25,655 nucleotides of DNA from Ginkgo biloba (Eukaryota; Plantae; Ginkgophyta): NCBI GenBank assembly GCA_024626585.2, contig JANKJI020000004.1, forward strand, positions 31,730,693-31,756,347, given 5' to 3'. The translations under genes were made by a program, and so were the position numbers. The notes beneath the pieces are model-generated. The model was not told the origin of the DNA. It was given only the letters and a program-made list of their open reading frames with translations, and made no database searches. Each line of letters begins with the position of its first letter. Position 1 is the first letter of the stretch. Shown here piece by piece: positions 23,643-25,655 of this stretch.

Positions 23643-25655
23643 TGACATCGAAAAATGCCATCATGTGCCCACCGACATGTGGCAGCAAAAGGCTGACGTC
23701 AACAACCTCGATAATAATATTTTTAAGTGATGATTGTGTCGTTATAGTGGCCTGGGAGCATAGAAGGGCAGAAAAGGGCCTAAAAGGAGGCTGAGAATAC
23801 GTGGGAGGGGAAAAACTAGTGTTCGTCAGACNNNNNNNNNNNNNNNNNNNNNNNNNNNNNNNNNNNNNNNNNNNNNNNNNNNNNNNNNNNNNNNNNNNNN
23901 NNNNNNNNNNNNNNNNNNNNNNNNNNNNNNNNNNNNNNNNNNNNNNNNNNNNNNNNNNNNNNNNNNNNNNNNNNNNNNNNNNNNNNNNNNNNNNNNNNNN
24001 NNNNNNNNNNNNNNNNNNNNNNNNNNNNNNNNNNNNNNNNNNNNNNNNNNNNNNNNNNNNNNNNNNNNNNNNNNNNNNNNNNNNNNNNNNNNNNNNNNNN
24101 NNNNNNNNNNNNNNNNNNNNNNNNNNNNNNNNNNNNNNNNNNNNNNNNNNNNNNNNNNNNNNNNNNNNNNNNNNNNNNNNNNNNNNNNNNNNNNNNNNNN
24201 NNNNNNNNNNNNNNNNNNNNNNNNNNNNNNNNNNNNNNNNNNNNNNNNNNNNNNNNNNNNNNNNNNNNNNNNNNNNNNNNNNNNNNNNNNNNNNNNNNNN
24301 NNNNNNNNNNNNNNNNNNNNNNNNNNNNNNNNNNNNNNNNNNNNNNNNNNNNNNNNNNNNNNNNNNNNNNNNNNNNNNNNNNNNNNNNNNNNNNNNNNNN
24401 NNNNNNNNNNNNNNNNNNNNNNNNNNNNNNNNNNNNNNNNNNNNNNNNNNNNNNNNNNNNNNNNNNNNAATGATTGACTACTCTAAGTGCTAAATTTTTT
24501 CATCCTCTTGTTGTTGCATTGTATTTTCTTTCGCATGTGGCAAGCTCACTGGAATTTCTACTTGGGTGGAACTATGTCGACCCCAATTGAACTAGTTTTT
24601 ATCCACTCAATAGAGAAGGTAGAGGTGCCTTGGTTAAACACTACCCTTCTGTCGCAAAATCCTATTTCGACGATTCTGAAATCTCAATACCTTCTAATGC
24701 TACCCATTTTTTCTTCAGCCAATTTAAAACCTTTGTGCATTTCTAATATGTAGCGTCTAACGTTTTCAATGGTCATTGAACCTTTATGATATTGTTTTGA
24801 CCAAACAGCCAAAGATGAAAACTAGGGGCTATTGTTGCTAATAGATAATTCCACCATAGGGCATTGGGTAAACAAGCCAATGAAAACAAGTTGCAAAAAG
24901 AACAACGAAGTCCTTAGAGCTTCTTTTATTCTGTCAAATAAAGACAATGTTTTCAACTTTGCATAGGCACACCAATTAAATTGAACTCCTTGAAGTTACC
25001 TACTATGACATTGTACAAAGTTGCATAGGTAACACAAATTTTCTAGTTGTCGAGGATGCAAGCAGTAATGAATTATGTAATCCAATAGAGTTTGGCATAC
25101 CTCAACCTTGATACTAGAACTTGAAGTGTCATTGACCTTTAAACAAATGTATCGATGGCTTGTCGATCGACTTTGATTACTAAATGTATTTCCAACCAAT
25201 GGATAAGTAGACTTGAAATTGGTGGATAGGCATATCCTTAATCTTCAAAATTTCTAGATATTAAACAACTTGTTGATTGCAAGTACTTAAGGAACAAGGT
25301 TCATACAATAGTCAACAAATATGGTGTTGGAATAATTAATGATTATTTCATTGTACNNNNNNNNNNATTAATGTCCAATTATGTAATTATGTAATTAGTG
25401 ATTAATCATAACTTCCGACAGTGGTTATTCTTTGGGTGTCTATCAACAAACCACGTACCCATTGTACAATCATCGATTGGTTGAGGAGGTTCATGTATTA
25501 TGTACTACAACATTTATGAGCATAATAAAAATCGTATTGTAGACCAATCCTACACGGGAAATTCTTGCATTGTTCTTTTGTGTTTGATTATCAAAATCCT
25601 ACCTGAGATCCTGTCCTCTCATATGGAACTACATAGACAACCCTACATTCTAAAT

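Noticed and set aside
1-25655. CRISPR arrays, tRNA/rRNA genes, prokaryotic operons or defence systems
   Set aside because: No repeat-spacer periodicity or RNA-gene motifs were seen; the sequence is a spliced plant nuclear gene.

Overview
Eukaryotic land-plant genomic DNA from a gappy draft assembly. The long, TE-filled, CpG-depleted introns suggest a large-genome lineage such as a gymnosperm or early-diverging vascular/seed plant, but the taxon cannot be fixed from this window. The window lies inside one minus-strand gene, the peroxisomal ABC transporter ABCD1 (COMATOSE/PXA1/PED3). Seven exon pieces from TMD1 through NBD1 to the linker are readable with canonical GT-AG sites. Further exons, including those encoding Walker A and Walker B, are predicted to lie in N gaps. 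The introns hold decayed Ty1/copia, Ty3/gypsy and L1 remnants, LTR/PBS relics and SSRs. The most notable items are: (1) an intact-looking, CpG-rich phospholipase D alpha intron+exon fragment fused directly to a 5'-truncated, CpG-free L1 zf-RVT segment inside the 6.5-kb intron; (2) an R->H change in the conserved LRDQ motif of NBD1, at the position equivalent to human ABCD1 R554H; (3) assembly gaps that fall in the most conserved exons, hinting at a second near-identical copy; (4) possible very old PPR-like and LRR-like gene relics in the same intron. I found no convincing evidence of a wholly new biological system.
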